From assembly GCA_016930235.1 (NCBI GenBank), contig JAFGHI010000047.1, positions 8,534-72,533 of the forward strand: a DNA stretch of 64,000 bases, written 5' to 3'. Of this stretch, positions 40,697 through 52,482 are shown in pieces. Below the pieces are notes generated by a model. That model was not told the origin of the DNA. It did no database searches and saw only the letters and a program-made list of their open reading frames with translations. The position numbers and the translations under genes are program-made. Source of the DNA: Candidatus Omnitrophota bacterium. Lineage in GTDB: Bacteria > Omnitrophota > Omnitrophia > Omnitrophales > Aquincolibacteriaceae. Numbering within the stretch: the first letter of the stretch is position 1; each line of letters starts with the position of its first letter.

Positions 40697-41593
40697 TTAT
40701 GAAACCGATCCTTCGCCCTGCTCGTTCTTTTCGCTTTCTTCTTCAGGTTTCACTTCTTGAACTTCAACAACCTTTTCGCTTTCTGTTTCTTCAGGTTTTA
40801 CTTCTTGAACTTCAACCGCCGTTTTTGTTTCTTCTTGGACTCCCGTTGTTTCTTGTTGAGCACTTCGGGTTTTCTTGCCTTTTTTCCCGCTATTTGCGGT
40901 CACTCCTTCGGCTTTATCTTTCTCTCTCTGTGCTTCTTCAAACTCGCGTTTCCTTTCAGCCTCGTGTTTCTTAACCAAAACATCCCCTTTATAAATCCAC
41001 ACTTTCACTCCGATTGTCCCGTAGGTCGTAAAAGCCGTCGCAAAACCATAATCAATGTCAGCGCGAAAAGTACTTAAGGGAACTTTTCCCTGATGGTATT
41101 TTTCTGTTCGCGCAATTTCTGCCCCGCCTAAACGGCCCTTGCATTTAATTTTAATTCCCAGCGCCCCTCGAGCCATAGCCATTTGCAGTGTTTTCTTCAT
41201 TGCGCGACGAAAGCCGATACGTTTCTCAAGCTGCATCGCAACGTTTTCGGCAACCAATTGAGCATCCGTTTGAGGTGATTTAACCTCCTTGATATCAACA
41301 AAAAGTTCGTTTTTTGTGAGGTCTGCAAGTTCCTCTTTGATTTTATCGATTTCCTGACCTCTTCGTCCGATAATAACTCCGGGTCTCGCCGTAAAAATAC
41401 GAACTCTCACACGGCCACTCGAACGCTCGATTTCAATATTCGAAATCCCTGCATAAGCCAATTTTTCCTTTAGGTAATCTCTGATTTTCAAGTCTTCGTG
41501 TAAATATTCATACATCTTGTTTGAAAACCATCGAGCCTTCCATGGCTTGATATATCCTAATCTTAATCCGTATGGATGCGCTTTTTGTCCCAA
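40697..41593 (-). CDS. rpsC: 30S ribosomal protein S3 (long acidic C-terminal tail)
   Basis: [33 protein letters not shown]; TTG start. Confidence 0.98.
   Translation of the reverse strand: MGQKAHPYGLRLGYIKPWKARWFSNKMYEYLHEDLKIRDYLKEKLAYAGISNIEIERSSGRVRVRIFTARPGVIIGRRGQEIDKIKEELADLTKNELFVDIKEVKSPQTDAQLVAENVAMQLEKRIGFRRAMKKTLQMAMARGALGIKIKCKGRLGGAEIARTEKYHQGKVPLSTFRADIDYGFATAFTTYGTIGVKVWIYKGDVLVKKHEAERKREFEEAQREKDKAEGVTANSGKKGKKTRSAQQETTGVQEETKTAVEVQEVKPEETESEKVVEVQEVKPEEESEKNEQGEGSVS
40728..40816. repeat. Imperfect tandem duplication within the rpsC tail (45-48 bp period)
   Basis: TTTTCGCTTTCT..TCTTCAGGTTT(C/T)ACTTCTTGAACTTCAAC twice, encoding [10 protein letters not shown](T)ESEK. Confidence 0.9.
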
Positions 41594-41606
41594 GGCTTCC
41601 TCCTAA

Positions 41607-42098
41607 TTATGCGCCGGACCCAGCGGCTGCTTTTTTTCTTGTCCCGTATTTTGGCTTTACCGCTTTTGGGGGTTTCTCGCGTTTTTCGTTTACATTAGGC
41701 AAATCAGGTTCTCCCTTTTTTTGCCCCTCTTTAAGTTCGATGGTCAGATGAGTCGACCTCTTTAAAATCCTGTCTGCACGCCCCATCGAACGAGACATGA
41801 AACGTTTCATTGTAGGTCCGCCATCAGCAAATATTTTAGAAACATAAAGACGCTTTTCATCCATGCCCAAGACCTTGGCATTCGCCATTGCACTTCGAAG
41901 ATGCTTCTCTGCCATCCTGGCTGCTTTCCTCTTCGCAGAATACAAAATATGAAGGGCTTGATTCACCGGTTTATGGCGAATTTCATTAATCACAACTCTC
42001 ACCTTACGCGGTGAAATTTTAAGGTACCGCGCAATAGCCCTAGCCGTTAACGAAGTCGCAACACTAGCATCCTGTGATTTCGATTTTTCTTTTTTCAT
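41607..42098 (-). CDS. rplV: 50S ribosomal protein L22
   Basis: ISPRKVR, SA.ANA, D.GP..KR, GRA..I.KR..H. Confidence 0.97.
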   Translation of the reverse strand: MKKEKSKSQDASVATSLTARAIARYLKISPRKVRVVINEIRHKPVNQALHILYSAKRKAARMAEKHLRSAMANAKVLGMDEKRLYVSKIFADGGPTMKRFMSRSMGRADRILKRSTHLTIELKEGQKKGEPDLPNVNEKREKPPKAVKPKYGTRKKAAAGSGA

Positions 42099-42107
42099 CT
42101 TTCTGCC

Positions 42108-42407
42108 TTACGTCTTAGCTCCCACGGCCATAGCCTTCGCTTTATCTTGAGCAGCGCTATGTTTTCTAAATATTCTTGTAGGCGAAAACTCTCCTAAGTG
42201 ATGTCCAACCAGATCTTCCGTCACAAAAACATTATTGAACGTTTTGCCATTGTGAACGGCAAACGTTAACCCCACAAACTCTGGCGTAATTGTTGAACGC
42301 CTAGACCACGTTTTAATGGGCCTCCGGTCTCTTTTTTCTTGAGCCGTTTTCGCTTTTTTTAACAATTTTTCGTCGACAAAAACACCTTTTTTGGCAGACC
42401 TGCTCAT
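42108..42407 (-). CDS. rpsS: 30S ribosomal protein S19
   Basis: KTWSRRS, VHNG, GH.LGEF.PTR. Confidence 0.98.
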   Translation of the reverse strand: MSRSAKKGVFVDEKLLKKAKTAQEKRDRRPIKTWSRRSTITPEFVGLTFAVHNGKTFNNVFVTEDLVGHHLGEFSPTRIFRKHSAAQDKAKAMAVGAKT

Positions 42408-43231
42408 TTTCTTCTATCCTTTACAATATAACGATTTGTACTTTTATTAAGTTTTCTTGTTTTTAACCCTTTTGACTTTTGGCCCCACGGACTTTGCGGA
42501 TGATTCCCTCCCTTGGACTTACCCTCTCCACCACCGAGAGGATGGTCCACCGGGTTCTGTGCTACTCCCCTTGTGATTGGCCTAATACCCAGCCATCGGC
42601 TACGCCCCGCCTTGCCCAAAATAAGATTTTCATGTTCGATATTGGAACATTGACCTACCGTTGCGTAACCTCTTAAATCAATCATCCTCACTTCTCCAGA
42701 AGGCAGCTTAATATGAGCAAATTTATCTTCCTTAGAAAGAATTTGTGCAACTCCACCCGCAGAGCGAACAAGCTTTCCTCCCAAACCAGGTTGCAACTCG
42801 ATATTATGAATGGGGGTCCCCTCCGGGATAACCTTTAAAGGTATATGGTTCCCAACTTTAACCTCTGCACTTTCACCACTCATCACAGTTTCACCTGTCC
42901 TTAATCCATCAGGACATAAAATATAATTCTTCGTTCCATCTTCGTATCGTATCAAAGCAATCCTCGCGCTACGGTTGGGATCATATTCGACAGTAAGTAC
43001 CATTGCAGGCATGTTGTAACGATTTCGCCTAAAATCAACAAGCCTAATGCGCCTTTTATGACCGCCTCCGCGTCCTCTACTGGTCACACGACCGTGGTTG
43101 TTGCGTCCAGCCGTCCGCTTACGTATTACCGTCAATGGTTTATAAGGTTTGTCAGCGGTAATTTCGACAAAATCCGCAACATTTCCAAAACGCCTTGTCG
43201 GTGTTGTCGGTTTGAATTTGATTAATCCCAT
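42404..43231 (-). CDS. rplB: 50S ribosomal protein L2
   Basis: [24 protein letters not shown]. Confidence 0.98.
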   Translation of the reverse strand: MGLIKFKPTTPTRRFGNVADFVEITADKPYKPLTVIRKRTAGRNNHGRVTSRGRGGGHKRRIRLVDFRRNRYNMPAMVLTVEYDPNRSARIALIRYEDGTKNYILCPDGLRTGETVMSGESAEVKVGNHIPLKVIPEGTPIHNIELQPGLGGKLVRSAGGVAQILSKEDKFAHIKLPSGEVRMIDLRGYATVGQCSNIEHENLILGKAGRSRWLGIRPITRGVAQNPVDHPLGGGEGKSKGGNHPQSPWGQKSKGLKTRKLNKSTNRYIVKDRRK

Positions 43232-43242
43232 TATCTTAGCCC

Positions 43243-43530
43243 CTAACTTGTGATATCAATCTTTTCACCCTTTTTGATTGTGACTAAGGCTTTCTTCCAA
43301 TCCGCTGTTTTCCCAGGTTGCCACCGAACACGCCGCCATTTCCCACCTTGATTCAGGGTATTAACCTTCGTAACGTGGACGTTAAATATTTTTTCGACTG
43401 CAGCCTTAATTTGCTTTTTATTCGCTTTAGGGTGAACAGAAAAAGCGTATTTCCCGTCTTTCGCAGATTCCCGTGTAATCTTTTCTGTGATCACGGGTTC
43501 TTGAATAACATCATAAAGACTTAACTTCAT
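43243..43530 (-). CDS. rplW: 50S ribosomal protein L23
   Basis: PVITEK, ANK.QIK.AVE.IF.V, WKKA.VT. Confidence 0.97.
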   Translation of the reverse strand: MKLSLYDVIQEPVITEKITRESAKDGKYAFSVHPKANKKQIKAAVEKIFNVHVTKVNTLNQGGKWRRVRWQPGKTADWKKALVTIKKGEKIDITS

Positions 43531-43536
43531 AATCCC

Positions 43537-44172
43537 TTATTTCCCCTTGGCTAAACGGTTATCGATTTCAGAAATGGCGTCTTGCTCAATCACAATTTTT
43601 TCGTGGTGCAAAACATGATAAGCATTCAAATCCGAAACTTTTTGTACTTTAGCAATCCGTTGCATATTCTGACTTGCACGCCTTAAGTTGGGCTCAATAT
43701 CCTTCGCAACATACAAGAAACGCTTACCCTGAATCGGTAAAGCCTTTACAACATCCGCCCATTCTCTTGTCTTTGGTGTTTCCAATTTTACGCTTTCAAT
43801 CAAAAAAAGATTCTTCTGTTCACCTCGAAGACTTAGGGCTGATATCAGAGCCTCTTTCTTCATGGATTGTGGTAAATTAACCACATAACTTCTTGGATGC
43901 GGTCCAAAGACAACCCCGCCACCTTTCCATATTGGTGAACGGATCGAGCTATGTCTGGCTCTTCCTGTCCCCTTTTGTCTCCAGGGTTTCCGCCCGCCAC
44001 CACGCACTTCTTTTCTAGTCTTCGTTGAAGCGGTGCCTCGTCTAAGGTTCGCAGCATAGGCAGCTTGAACCAATTCCAAAAGCCGGTGATTAACCCGGTT
44101 GGCATAAATCTCGGGATTCAGAACAATCTCTCCCTTTTTCTTACCTTCTCTTGTATAAAGCGGTGCTTTCAT
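43537..44172 (-). CDS. rplD: 50S ribosomal protein L4
   Basis: EVRGGGRKPWRQKGTGRAR, GGGVVFGP. Confidence 0.98.
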   Translation of the reverse strand: MKAPLYTREGKKKGEIVLNPEIYANRVNHRLLELVQAAYAANLRRGTASTKTRKEVRGGGRKPWRQKGTGRARHSSIRSPIWKGGGVVFGPHPRSYVVNLPQSMKKEALISALSLRGEQKNLFLIESVKLETPKTREWADVVKALPIQGKRFLYVAKDIEPNLRRASQNMQRIAKVQKVSDLNAYHVLHHEKIVIEQDAISEIDNRLAKGK

Positions 44173-44258
44173 CCCTTCATTTCCTTTATCATCCTGCCAT
44201 TATTTCTGACAAAACTTATCTCGTTCTTGCAGCTATCTTTTGCTGCGCCTTGTTTTCC

Positions 44259-45017
44259 CTACGATTTTGTTTCTTCGGGATTTTGGTCCTCCGCTTCGGC
44301 CTTCGTTTCTTTCGCTTCTCCAGCTTTAGCCGATTCCCCAGAAGAACCTTGAGAAGAACTTGGGACTTTCCACTTGCGGGATTTATCACCCCTCTTAAGA
44401 GCCATGCGGATAATTAGAAATGCCCCTTCCGTCCCCGGGACAGCTCCTTTAATCGCCATGAGATTCTGTTCTTCATCAACCTTCAAAACTTTCAGATTTT
44501 GCACAGTTACCTTTTCGTTCCCCATATGTCCGGCCGCTCGCATTCCTTTTAAAACACGAGATGGAAAAGACGATTGTCCGATCGAGCCGGGAACGCGCCC
44601 ATGCATCGAACCATGACTTTTACTTGCGCTTCCTTTAAAATGATGCCGCTTCACAACACCTTGGAACCCTTTCCCGATCGAGGTCCCTTCCACATCAACA
44701 TAATCTCCCGTTTGAAAGTTCGAGACTTTAAGTTGGTGGCCAATTTCCAAGCCTTCGACTTGTTCGGTTCTAATCTCATGAATGAACCGGATATTGGGGG
44801 ATTTCACCTTTTTCAAATATTCCCTTACCGGTTTAGTTAAGGTTTTTTCTTTAGTATCGCCAAAACCCATTTGAACAGCTGTGTAGCCATGTTCTCCCTT
44901 TGTCCGTAGAGCCGTCACATAACACGGGCCCACTTCAACCACTGTTACGGGAACCTGCTTCCCATCCTCTTCAAAAACTTGTGACATTCCTAATTTTCTT
45001 CCCAATAAACCGATCAT
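44259..45017 (-). CDS. rplC: 50S ribosomal protein L3 (C-terminal extension)
   Basis: K.GM.Q.F, GKGFQGVVKRH, PGSIG, GAVPG. Confidence 0.98.
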   Translation of the reverse strand: MIGLLGRKLGMSQVFEEDGKQVPVTVVEVGPCYVTALRTKGEHGYTAVQMGFGDTKEKTLTKPVREYLKKVKSPNIRFIHEIRTEQVEGLEIGHQLKVSNFQTGDYVDVEGTSIGKGFQGVVKRHHFKGSASKSHGSMHGRVPGSIGQSSFPSRVLKGMRAAGHMGNEKVTVQNLKVLKVDEEQNLMAIKGAVPGTEGAFLIIRMALKRGDKSRKWKVPSSSQGSSGESAKAGEAKETKAEAEDQNPEETKS

Positions 45018-45093
45018 TTCATTTCACCTTGGTATAAAAAAACTAAAGTCTATAGAAAATCTCAACTCATACAATCTTTATTTTCAACACTCG

Positions 45094-45405
45094 TTAAAGC
45101 TTAATTTCAACATCCACGCCAGCTGGCAGATCTAATTTCATCAATGCATCCACCGTCCTAGAAGTCGGCTCTTGGATATCAATCAGCCTTTTATGAGTTC
45201 GCATTTCGAACTGATCACGGGCCTTTTTATCAATGGTCGGACCTCGTAACACCGTCGTCTTCCAAATATGGGTTGGAAGAGGAATTGGTCCTATCACTTG
45301 CGAACCCGTTCTTTTCGCAGTCGCGACAATCTCTTGAACCGATTGATCAAGAATCCTGTGATCATAAGCCCTCAATTTAATCCGAATCTTTTCTTTCGTT
45401 GCCAT
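45094..45405 (-). CDS. rpsJ: 30S ribosomal protein S10
   Basis: [26 protein letters not shown]. Confidence 0.98.
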   Translation of the reverse strand: MATKEKIRIKLRAYDHRILDQSVQEIVATAKRTGSQVIGPIPLPTHIWKTTVLRGPTIDKKARDQFEMRTHKRLIDIQEPTSRTVDALMKLDLPAGVDVEIKL

Positions 45406-45424
45406 AATCCCTACCTATCTCCGC

Positions 45425-47527
45425 TTAAGACTTCCCAACCGCTTGATCCCCGATGACCTTCTCAGCGATCTGTTTCGGCACCTCTGCATAGCTATGAGGC
45501 TCCATCGAATAGTTTGCTCTTCCCTGCGACAATGAACGAACGGCCGTTGCATAACCGAACATTTCTGCAAGCGGCACTAGACCACGAATGACTTTTAAAT
45601 GCCCCCTATTTTCCATCGTTTGAATAATACAACGACGGGAATTCAAATCTCCGATCACATCTCCCATATATTCCTCAGGAACCACAACTTCTATTAACAT
45701 AATCGGTTCCAATAAGGTGGGTTTAGCCCTTCGAAAGGCTTCCTTGAAACCAAGAATCCCTGCCATTTTAAATGCAATCTCTGACGAGTCGACGTCATGA
45801 AAACTTCCATCATAAACTATTGTTTTGACATCCGTTACAGGATATCCCGCTAAAACACCATTCATACAAGCTTCATTAACACCATCTTCAACTGCGGGAA
45901 CATATTCTCGGGGAATCGCACCCCCCACAATTTCATTCACAAACTCATGCCCTTTACCTCTTTCAAGAGGTTCTATCTTTAAGTAACAATGCCCGTATTG
46001 TCCACGTCCACCAGTTTGTTTAATAAATTTTCCTTCACCTTCTGCTTTAACTGTAATGGTTTCCTTATAAGCTACCTGTGGTTTCCCCACGTTGACTTGA
46101 ACATTATGCTCACGCCGCATAATATCAATTTTAATGTCAAGATGAAGTTCTCCCATCCCACCGATGAGTGTCTGAACCGTCTCTTGGTCAGTTCTCACAT
46201 TAAAAGTTGGGTCTTCTGCCATCAACCGCTGCAATGAATCAGACATCTTATCGCGATCAGCTTTGGTTTTAGGTTCAACCGCCATCCAAATAACCGGCTC
46301 TGGAACAAAAAGTGATTCCAAAACAATTGGGTGATTCTCATCACAAATAGAATCTCCCGTCTTCACATCCTTTAAACCTACGGCTGCAACAATATTCCCT
46401 GCGCCCGCTTCACTAATTTCTTCCCGTTTATTTGCATGCATGAGAAGTAAACGACCAATGCGCTCATTCTTCTGAGTTCTTGGGTTGTAGACATAAGAAC
46501 TCGAAGACAACACACCAGAATAAATACGTATAAAACACAAATTCCCGACAAATTTATCATTGGCAATCTTGAAAGCAAAACAAGTCAAAGGCTCCTCTTC
46601 CGTTGGATGTCTCTCAATTTCTGTATCATGCTCTGGGTTGATTCCCTTAATGGGAGGCAGTTCATTTGGGCACGGCAAATAATCGACAACAGCATCCAAA
46701 AGCTGCTGGACACCTTTATTCTTTAAAGCCGACCCTACAATCACCGGCGTAATCTTAATCGCAATGGTGCCTTTTCGAATAGCCCTCTTTACTTCTTCAA
46801 TTGTTAACGGTTGCCCTTCGATATATTTGTGCATAGCGTCGTCATCATACTCAGCCACTTTTTCAATCATGAACTCGCGTAACTTTTTCGCCTGCTCCTT
46901 ATATTCATCGGGAATTTCAACCGTTTCAAATTTTGCTCCTAAGCTCTCATCATCAAAGATGTAAGCCTTCATCTCGACGAGATCGATAACACCCTTGAAA
47001 TTCTCCTCGCGCCCTATCGGAATCTGAATCGCAACCGGATGAGCCCCTAACTGATCAATCATCTGCTGAATATTTCTTTCAAACTCTGCACCTGTACGAT
47101 CCATTTTATTAATAAATGCAATCCTCGGGACATGATATCTATCAGCCTGCCGCCAAACTGTTTCTGATTGAGGCTCAACCCCTTCAACCGCACCGAAGAC
47201 TGCAACGCAACCATCTAAAACACGAAGTGATCTTTCAACTTCGATCGTAAAATCAACATGCCCAGGCGTATCAATAATATTAATCCGGCAATCTTTCCAA
47301 AAACACGTCGTTGCCGCAGAAGTAATGGTAATTCCCCGCTCCTGCTCCTGCTCCATCCAGTCCATAACTGCTGTTCCATCATGGACTTCCCCAATCTTGT
47401 AAGTGCGCCCTGTATAGTAAAGAATACGTTCCGTCGTGGTTGTTTTCCCCGCATCGATGTGGGCAGCTATTCCGATGTTTCTAATTCTTTCCACAGGATA
47501 ATGTATTTTTTCTTTATCTTCCGCCAT
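45425..47527 (-). CDS. fusA: Elongation factor G
   Basis: [41 protein letters not shown]. Confidence 0.99.
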   Translation of the reverse strand: MAEDKEKIHYPVERIRNIGIAAHIDAGKTTTTERILYYTGRTYKIGEVHDGTAVMDWMEQEQERGITITSAATTCFWKDCRINIIDTPGHVDFTIEVERSLRVLDGCVAVFGAVEGVEPQSETVWRQADRYHVPRIAFINKMDRTGAEFERNIQQMIDQLGAHPVAIQIPIGREENFKGVIDLVEMKAYIFDDESLGAKFETVEIPDEYKEQAKKLREFMIEKVAEYDDDAMHKYIEGQPLTIEEVKRAIRKGTIAIKITPVIVGSALKNKGVQQLLDAVVDYLPCPNELPPIKGINPEHDTEIERHPTEEEPLTCFAFKIANDKFVGNLCFIRIYSGVLSSSSYVYNPRTQKNERIGRLLLMHANKREEISEAGAGNIVAAVGLKDVKTGDSICDENHPIVLESLFVPEPVIWMAVEPKTKADRDKMSDSLQRLMAEDPTFNVRTDQETVQTLIGGMGELHLDIKIDIMRREHNVQVNVGKPQVAYKETITVKAEGEGKFIKQTGGRGQYGHCYLKIEPLERGKGHEFVNEIVGGAIPREYVPAVEDGVNEACMNGVLAGYPVTDVKTIVYDGSFHDVDSSEIAFKMAGILGFKEAFRRAKPTLLEPIMLIEVVVPEEYMGDVIGDLNSRRCIIQTMENRGHLKVIRGLVPLAEMFGYATAVRSLSQGRANYSMEPHSYAEVPKQIAEKVIGDQAVGKS

Positions 47528-47566
47528 AAACCTTTCCCCTATATTCCTTCTTCTTGTTTTCCTTCT

Positions 47567-48034
47567 TTACCACCGATAATGCGCAAAAGCACGGTTCGAC
47601 TCTGCCATCTTATGAGTATCTTCCCTTTTTTTATAAGTAGCGCCTGTTTTGTTATAGGCATCCAAAAGTTCCGTTGCTAATTTTTCACGCATCGGTTTAC
47701 CTTTGCGCTGCTTAGAATAAGTCTTCAGCCATCTAAGTGCTAAGGTATTGCCCCGATCTGGTCTTACGTTGATAGGAACCTGGTAAGTCGCACCCCCTAC
47801 CCTTCTGGACTTTGTTTCCAGAAGCGGTCGGACATTATCAATAGCTTTCTTAAAAACATCCAAAGGCTCTTTCCCCGTTTTCTCCTTTAAAATATCTAAC
47901 GACCCGTAAACAATTCTTTGTGCCAATGATTTTTTTCCCCGTTCCATAACGATATTGATTAGTTTTGCTACCAAAGCATCGCCGTAAATTGGATCCGGCG
48001 GGCTATATCTTTTTTTCGCTCTTCGACGTCTCAT
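47567..48034 (-). CDS. rpsG: 30S ribosomal protein S7
   Basis: [25 protein letters not shown]. Confidence 0.99.
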   Translation of the reverse strand: MRRRRAKKRYSPPDPIYGDALVAKLINIVMERGKKSLAQRIVYGSLDILKEKTGKEPLDVFKKAIDNVRPLLETKSRRVGGATYQVPINVRPDRGNTLALRWLKTYSKQRKGKPMREKLATELLDAYNKTGATYKKREDTHKMAESNRAFAHYRW

Positions 48035-48055
48035 CTTAATTCCTTTTTTCCCTTG

Positions 48056-48433
48056 CTATTTCTTAGGTACCTTGCTTCCATATTTCGAACGCGATTTTTT
48101 TCTGTCCTGCACACCGCCCGTATCAAGTTTCCCACGGACAATATGATAGCGGACGCCTGGTAAATCTTTTACACGACCCCCTCGGACTAATACAATGGAG
48201 TGCTCCTGTAAGTTATGACCGACTCCTGGGATATAAGCAGTCACTTCTTCGCCATTAGATAACCGAACACGGGCAATCTTTCTAAGTGCTGAGTTCGGCT
48301 TCTTCGGCGTTTGCGTTCTAACAATCATACAAACCCCGCGACGGAAAGGAGCGCCATGTAAAGCCGGAGACTTCGTTTTCCTTTTGAATTTCTGTCTTCC
48401 GTGACGAATTAACTGATTAATCGTTGGAGCCAT
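48056..48433 (-). CDS. rpsL: 30S ribosomal protein S12
   Basis: [22 protein letters not shown]. Confidence 0.99.
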   Translation of the reverse strand: MAPTINQLIRHGRQKFKRKTKSPALHGAPFRRGVCMIVRTQTPKKPNSALRKIARVRLSNGEEVTAYIPGVGHNLQEHSIVLVRGGRVKDLPGVRYHIVRGKLDTGGVQDRKKSRSKYGSKVPKK

Positions 48434-51400
48434 TATGCGTTCTCCGTTTTATTTGTCGCTTGCTCTTCTTCGCTATCTTTGGCAGCTTGATCACCATCCG
48501 GTAATATGTCCCCAACTGCCTTGACAAGCTCGATTCTCTGGTGATCATTAAAACCCGTCCCGGCAGGAATCAAATGTCCCATAATGACATTTTCTTTTAA
48601 GCCACGGAGATCATCGCGTTTTCCTGCTGAACTCGCTTCGGTAAGCACCCTTGTCGTTTCCTGAAAACTCGCCGCGGAGATAAAGCTGTCTGTTGTTAAC
48701 GAAGCTTTGGTAATCCCCAAGAGTATCGGGGTTGCCTTCGCTGGCTGTTTACTTTTTTTGACCATTTTGTCGTTCTCTTCCGAAAATCGTGATCTATCGA
48801 TGTGGGAACCCACAAGAAAATCGGTATCCCCGGGATCTTCAATACGCACTTTGCGAAGCATCTGTCGCACAATGACTTCTACATGCTTGTCATTAACACG
48901 AACGCCTTGTAACCGATAGACTTCTTGGACCTCACTTACTAAATACTCCTGCAAGCTTCTTTCTCCTGAAACCCTTAGAATATCCTGAGGTACAACGGGA
49001 CCATCAACCAACTGCTCGCCCGCAATAACTTTATCTCCTTTATAAACATTCAAATGCTTCCCGTGGGGGACCAAATATTCTTTAGTCATGCCACCTGTGC
49101 TCTTAACAATAATTTTCCTTTGTCCTTTAACAACTTCTCCGATTTCGACAATCCCGTCAATTTCCGCGATCACGGCCGGATTTTTTGGTTTACGCGCCTC
49201 AAAAAGCTCAGCCACACGTGGGAGGCCGCCCGTAATATCACGCGTTTTCGCAATTTTTCGCGGCGTTTTCGCAATGAGTGTTCCTGCGGTAACCTCATCA
49301 CCGTCTTTGACAACGATATGAGCCGCTGTGGGAATTGGGTAAAAAGCGATAATTTCATCGCTTTTCCCAGTTATCAAAAGTTGCGGATGAAGATCCTCGC
49401 GATGTTCCATAATCACTCGTTCGACCATTCCGGTTGTCGCATCCATTTCTTCATTCATGGTCACGCCAGCTTTGATATCTTCATAACGGACTTTCCCTGA
49501 CACTTCGGTTAAAATCGGAACTGTATAAGGATCCCATTTCACAAAGATCTCGTCTTTTTTGACTTCCTCTTCTTCTTTGTAACTTACAATGGCTCCGGTA
49601 GGGATGGTATAGCGTTCCAACTCACGGCCGGATGGACCGTGAATGGTTAATTGCCCGTTACGGTTCAAAACAACAATTTCCCCTGTTTTTGTTACAACCG
49701 TTTTTAAATTGTGGTAGCGAAGGCTTCCATTATTCCTTGCTCGAAAGTAAGATTGTTCTACAACACGAAAAGCCGTACCACCGATATGGAAAGTACGCAT
49801 CGTAAGCTGAGTCCCAGGCTCTCCGATAGACTGGGCCGCAATGACGCCCACAGCTGTCCCTAACTCAACCAATCGGCCGTGCGCCAAATCCACACCATAG
49901 CATTTAGCGCAAACACCTCGGCTTGCCTGACATGTTAGTACAGAACGAATTCGAATCTTTTCGATTCCCACTTCTTCTAACTTATCAGCAATGACTTCAT
50001 TAATGACATCTCCGCTTTTCACAATCAATTGATCCGTCACAACATCAACAACGTTATCAAGTGCCACACGGCCCATAATCCTGTCTTTTAATGAAACAAT
50101 AATTTCCTCACCCTCGTAGACAGGCTCCACAAAGATACCATTCAGGGTATTGCAATCATCTTCTGTAATGATCACGTCTTGCGCAACGTCCACAAGTCGC
50201 CGTGTAAGATATCCTGAATCAGCTGTCTTCAACGCCGTGTCGGCCAATCCTTTACGCGCACCGTGTGTCGAAATAAAGTATTCGAGTACTGTCAACCCTT
50301 CACGGAAATTTGCAGTAATTGGGCTCTCAATAATCTCACCCGAGGGTTTCGCCATCAAACCACGCATCCCTGCCAGCTGGCGGATTTGCTGTTTCGAACC
50401 GCGAGCTCCGGAATCAGCCATCATAAAAACAGGGTTAAACAGGGCTAGATTACTGAACATACTGTCAGAAACACGATCTGTAATATGCGTCCAGATATCG
50501 ATAACCTTGTTATAACGTTCCCCTTCTGTAATCAACCCGTTCTTATATTGCCCTTCAATCGTTTTAACTTGTTGGCGGGCCTCATCAAGAAGTTCTTCTT
50601 TATTGTCCGGAATTTGAATATCATCAATCCCGATTGAAATTCCCGCACTCGTTGCCTCTTCAAATCCTGCGGATTTCAAGCGATCTAATAATTGAATGAC
50701 TTCAGAATGCCCAAAGGATTGGTAGCAATCTGCAATAATTTTCGAAAGTTTTCCTTTTGTGATCAATTCATCCACAAAACGATACCCTTTGGGCAAGATC
50801 TCGTTAAAAAGAATTCGTCCCATCGTTGTATCAATAATCTTCCCGTCCTGGAGCCTAAGTTTAATCTTGGCATGCTTATGAACTTCATTATCCTGAAACG
50901 CCAAGATGGCTTCTTCGGTGCTGGCAAAAACAGTTCCTTCCCCTTTGGCTCCTTCTTTGGCTTTCGTCAAATAATAAACCCCTAATACAATATCCTGTGA
51001 CGGCGTCGCAATAGGTTGCCCACTGGCCGGAGAAAAAATATTGTTTGAAGATAACATCAAAACCCTGGCTTCCATTTGTGCTTCCATTGAAAGCGGAACG
51101 TGAACAGCCATTTGATCACCGTCAAAATCTGCATTAAAAGCTGTACAAACCAAGGGATGAATTCGAATAGCTTTCCCTTCAATAAGAACGGGTTCAAAAG
51201 CCTGAATCCCTAAACGGTGAAGGGTTGGTGCACGATTCAAGAGGACGGGATGTTCATTGATGACTTCTTCAAGAATGTCCCAAACCTCGGGCTTCACACG
51301 CTCCACCATCTTTTTGGCAGAACGAATCGTATGCACATGCCCTCGTTCTTTAAGCTTTCGAATAATGAACGGTTCAAAAAGTTCAAGCGCCATCTTCTTC

Positions 51401-52482
51401 GGAAGACCGCATTGATGAAGCTTTAGCTCTGGGCCGATAACGATAACGGAGCGGCCAGAATAATCAACGCGCTTCCCTAAAAGATTTTGACGAAACCGGC
51501 CTTGTTTACCTTTCAGCATGTCACTTAATGATTTCAAAGGCCGGTTCCCAGCACCCAGGACGGGTCTCCCATGACGCCCATTATCGAACAAAGCATCCAC
51601 AGCCTCTTGCAACATACGTTTTTCGTTGCGAATAATGACATCGGGCGCTTTAAGTTCCAGTAATTTCTTTAACCGATTATTCCGATTAATAACACGCCGA
51701 TAAAGATCATTGAGATCGCTTGTCGCAAATCTTCCGCCATCCAATGCAACCAAAGGACGAAGATCCGGCGGAATAACAGGAACAACATCCAAAATCATCC
51801 ATTCAGGATTATTTCCTGATTTTTTGAAGGCATCGACAATTTTCAAAATCTTGATGGCTCTGGCACGAGCTTGTTTTGATTTAGAAACTTTAACCTGGCG
51901 CTGATATTTTTGAACAAGCTTTCCCAAATCGAGTTCCTGGAGAAGTTCTCGAATAGCTTCGGCTCCCATTTTAGCAACAAAGCTTGTTGCGCCGTACTGC
52001 TCTTGCGCTTTATGAAACTCCTCTTCCGTCAAAAGCTGTCTCTTCTTTAAGGGTGTCTCTTGAGGATCGATGACAATATATTCTTCATAATAAAGTACCT
52101 TTTCGAGAGCACGCACGCTCAAATCAAGCAAATTCCCGATTCTTGAAGGCATGGTCTTAAAAAACCATATGTGGGAAACGGGCGTGACAAGCTCAATGTG
52201 CCCCATCCGCTCACGGCGGACCTTGGATTGGGTAACTTCGACACCACAACGGTCACAAACAATCCCTTTATGCTTAATCCGTTTATACTTTCCGCAATTA
52301 CATTCCCAGTCGCGGGTCGGGCCAAAAATCCTTTCGCAGAAAAGTCCGTCCTTTTCCGGTTTCAACGTTCGGTAATTAATTGTTTCCGGCTTCTTCACTT
52401 CCCCATGTGACCACTTCCGAATCACATCCGGTGAGGCAATGCGGATCGAGACTGAATCAAAAGTATTGATATCGTAGTTCAT
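48433..52482 (-). CDS. rpoC: RNA polymerase subunit beta'
   Basis: NADFDGD catalytic motif, zinc-binding Cys, [13 protein letters not shown]. Confidence 0.99.
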   Translation of the reverse strand: MNYDINTFDSVSIRIASPDVIRKWSHGEVKKPETINYRTLKPEKDGLFCERIFGPTRDWECNCGKYKRIKHKGIVCDRCGVEVTQSKVRRERMGHIELVTPVSHIWFFKTMPSRIGNLLDLSVRALEKVLYYEEYIVIDPQETPLKKRQLLTEEEFHKAQEQYGATSFVAKMGAEAIRELLQELDLGKLVQKYQRQVKVSKSKQARARAIKILKIVDAFKKSGNNPEWMILDVVPVIPPDLRPLVALDGGRFATSDLNDLYRRVINRNNRLKKLLELKAPDVIIRNEKRMLQEAVDALFDNGRHGRPVLGAGNRPLKSLSDMLKGKQGRFRQNLLGKRVDYSGRSVIVIGPELKLHQCGLPKKMALELFEPFIIRKLKERGHVHTIRSAKKMVERVKPEVWDILEEVINEHPVLLNRAPTLHRLGIQAFEPVLIEGKAIRIHPLVCTAFNADFDGDQMAVHVPLSMEAQMEARVLMLSSNNIFSPASGQPIATPSQDIVLGVYYLTKAKEGAKGEGTVFASTEEAILAFQDNEVHKHAKIKLRLQDGKIIDTTMGRILFNEILPKGYRFVDELITKGKLSKIIADCYQSFGHSEVIQLLDRLKSAGFEEATSAGISIGIDDIQIPDNKEELLDEARQQVKTIEGQYKNGLITEGERYNKVIDIWTHITDRVSDSMFSNLALFNPVFMMADSGARGSKQQIRQLAGMRGLMAKPSGEIIESPITANFREGLTVLEYFISTHGARKGLADTALKTADSGYLTRRLVDVAQDVIITEDDCNTLNGIFVEPVYEGEEIIVSLKDRIMGRVALDNVVDVVTDQLIVKSGDVINEVIADKLEEVGIEKIRIRSVLTCQASRGVCAKCYGVDLAHGRLVELGTAVGVIAAQSIGEPGTQLTMRTFHIGGTAFRVVEQSYFRARNNGSLRYHNLKTVVTKTGEIVVLNRNGQLTIHGPSGRELERYTIPTGAIVSYKEEEEVKKDEIFVKWDPYTVPILTEVSGKVRYEDIKAGVTMNEEMDATTGMVERVIMEHREDLHPQLLITGKSDEIIAFYPIPTAAHIVVKDGDEVTAGTLIAKTPRKIAKTRDITGGLPRVAELFEARKPKNPAVIAEIDGIVEIGEVVKGQRKIIVKSTGGMTKEYLVPHGKHLNVYKGDKVIAGEQLVDGPVVPQDILRVSGERSLQEYLVSEVQEVYRLQGVRVNDKHVEVIVRQMLRKVRIEDPGDTDFLVGSHIDRSRFSEENDKMVKKSKQPAKATPILLGITKASLTTDSFISAASFQETTRVLTEASSAGKRDDLRGLKENVIMGHLIPAGTGFNDHQRIELVKAVGDILPDGDQAAKDSEEEQATNKTENA

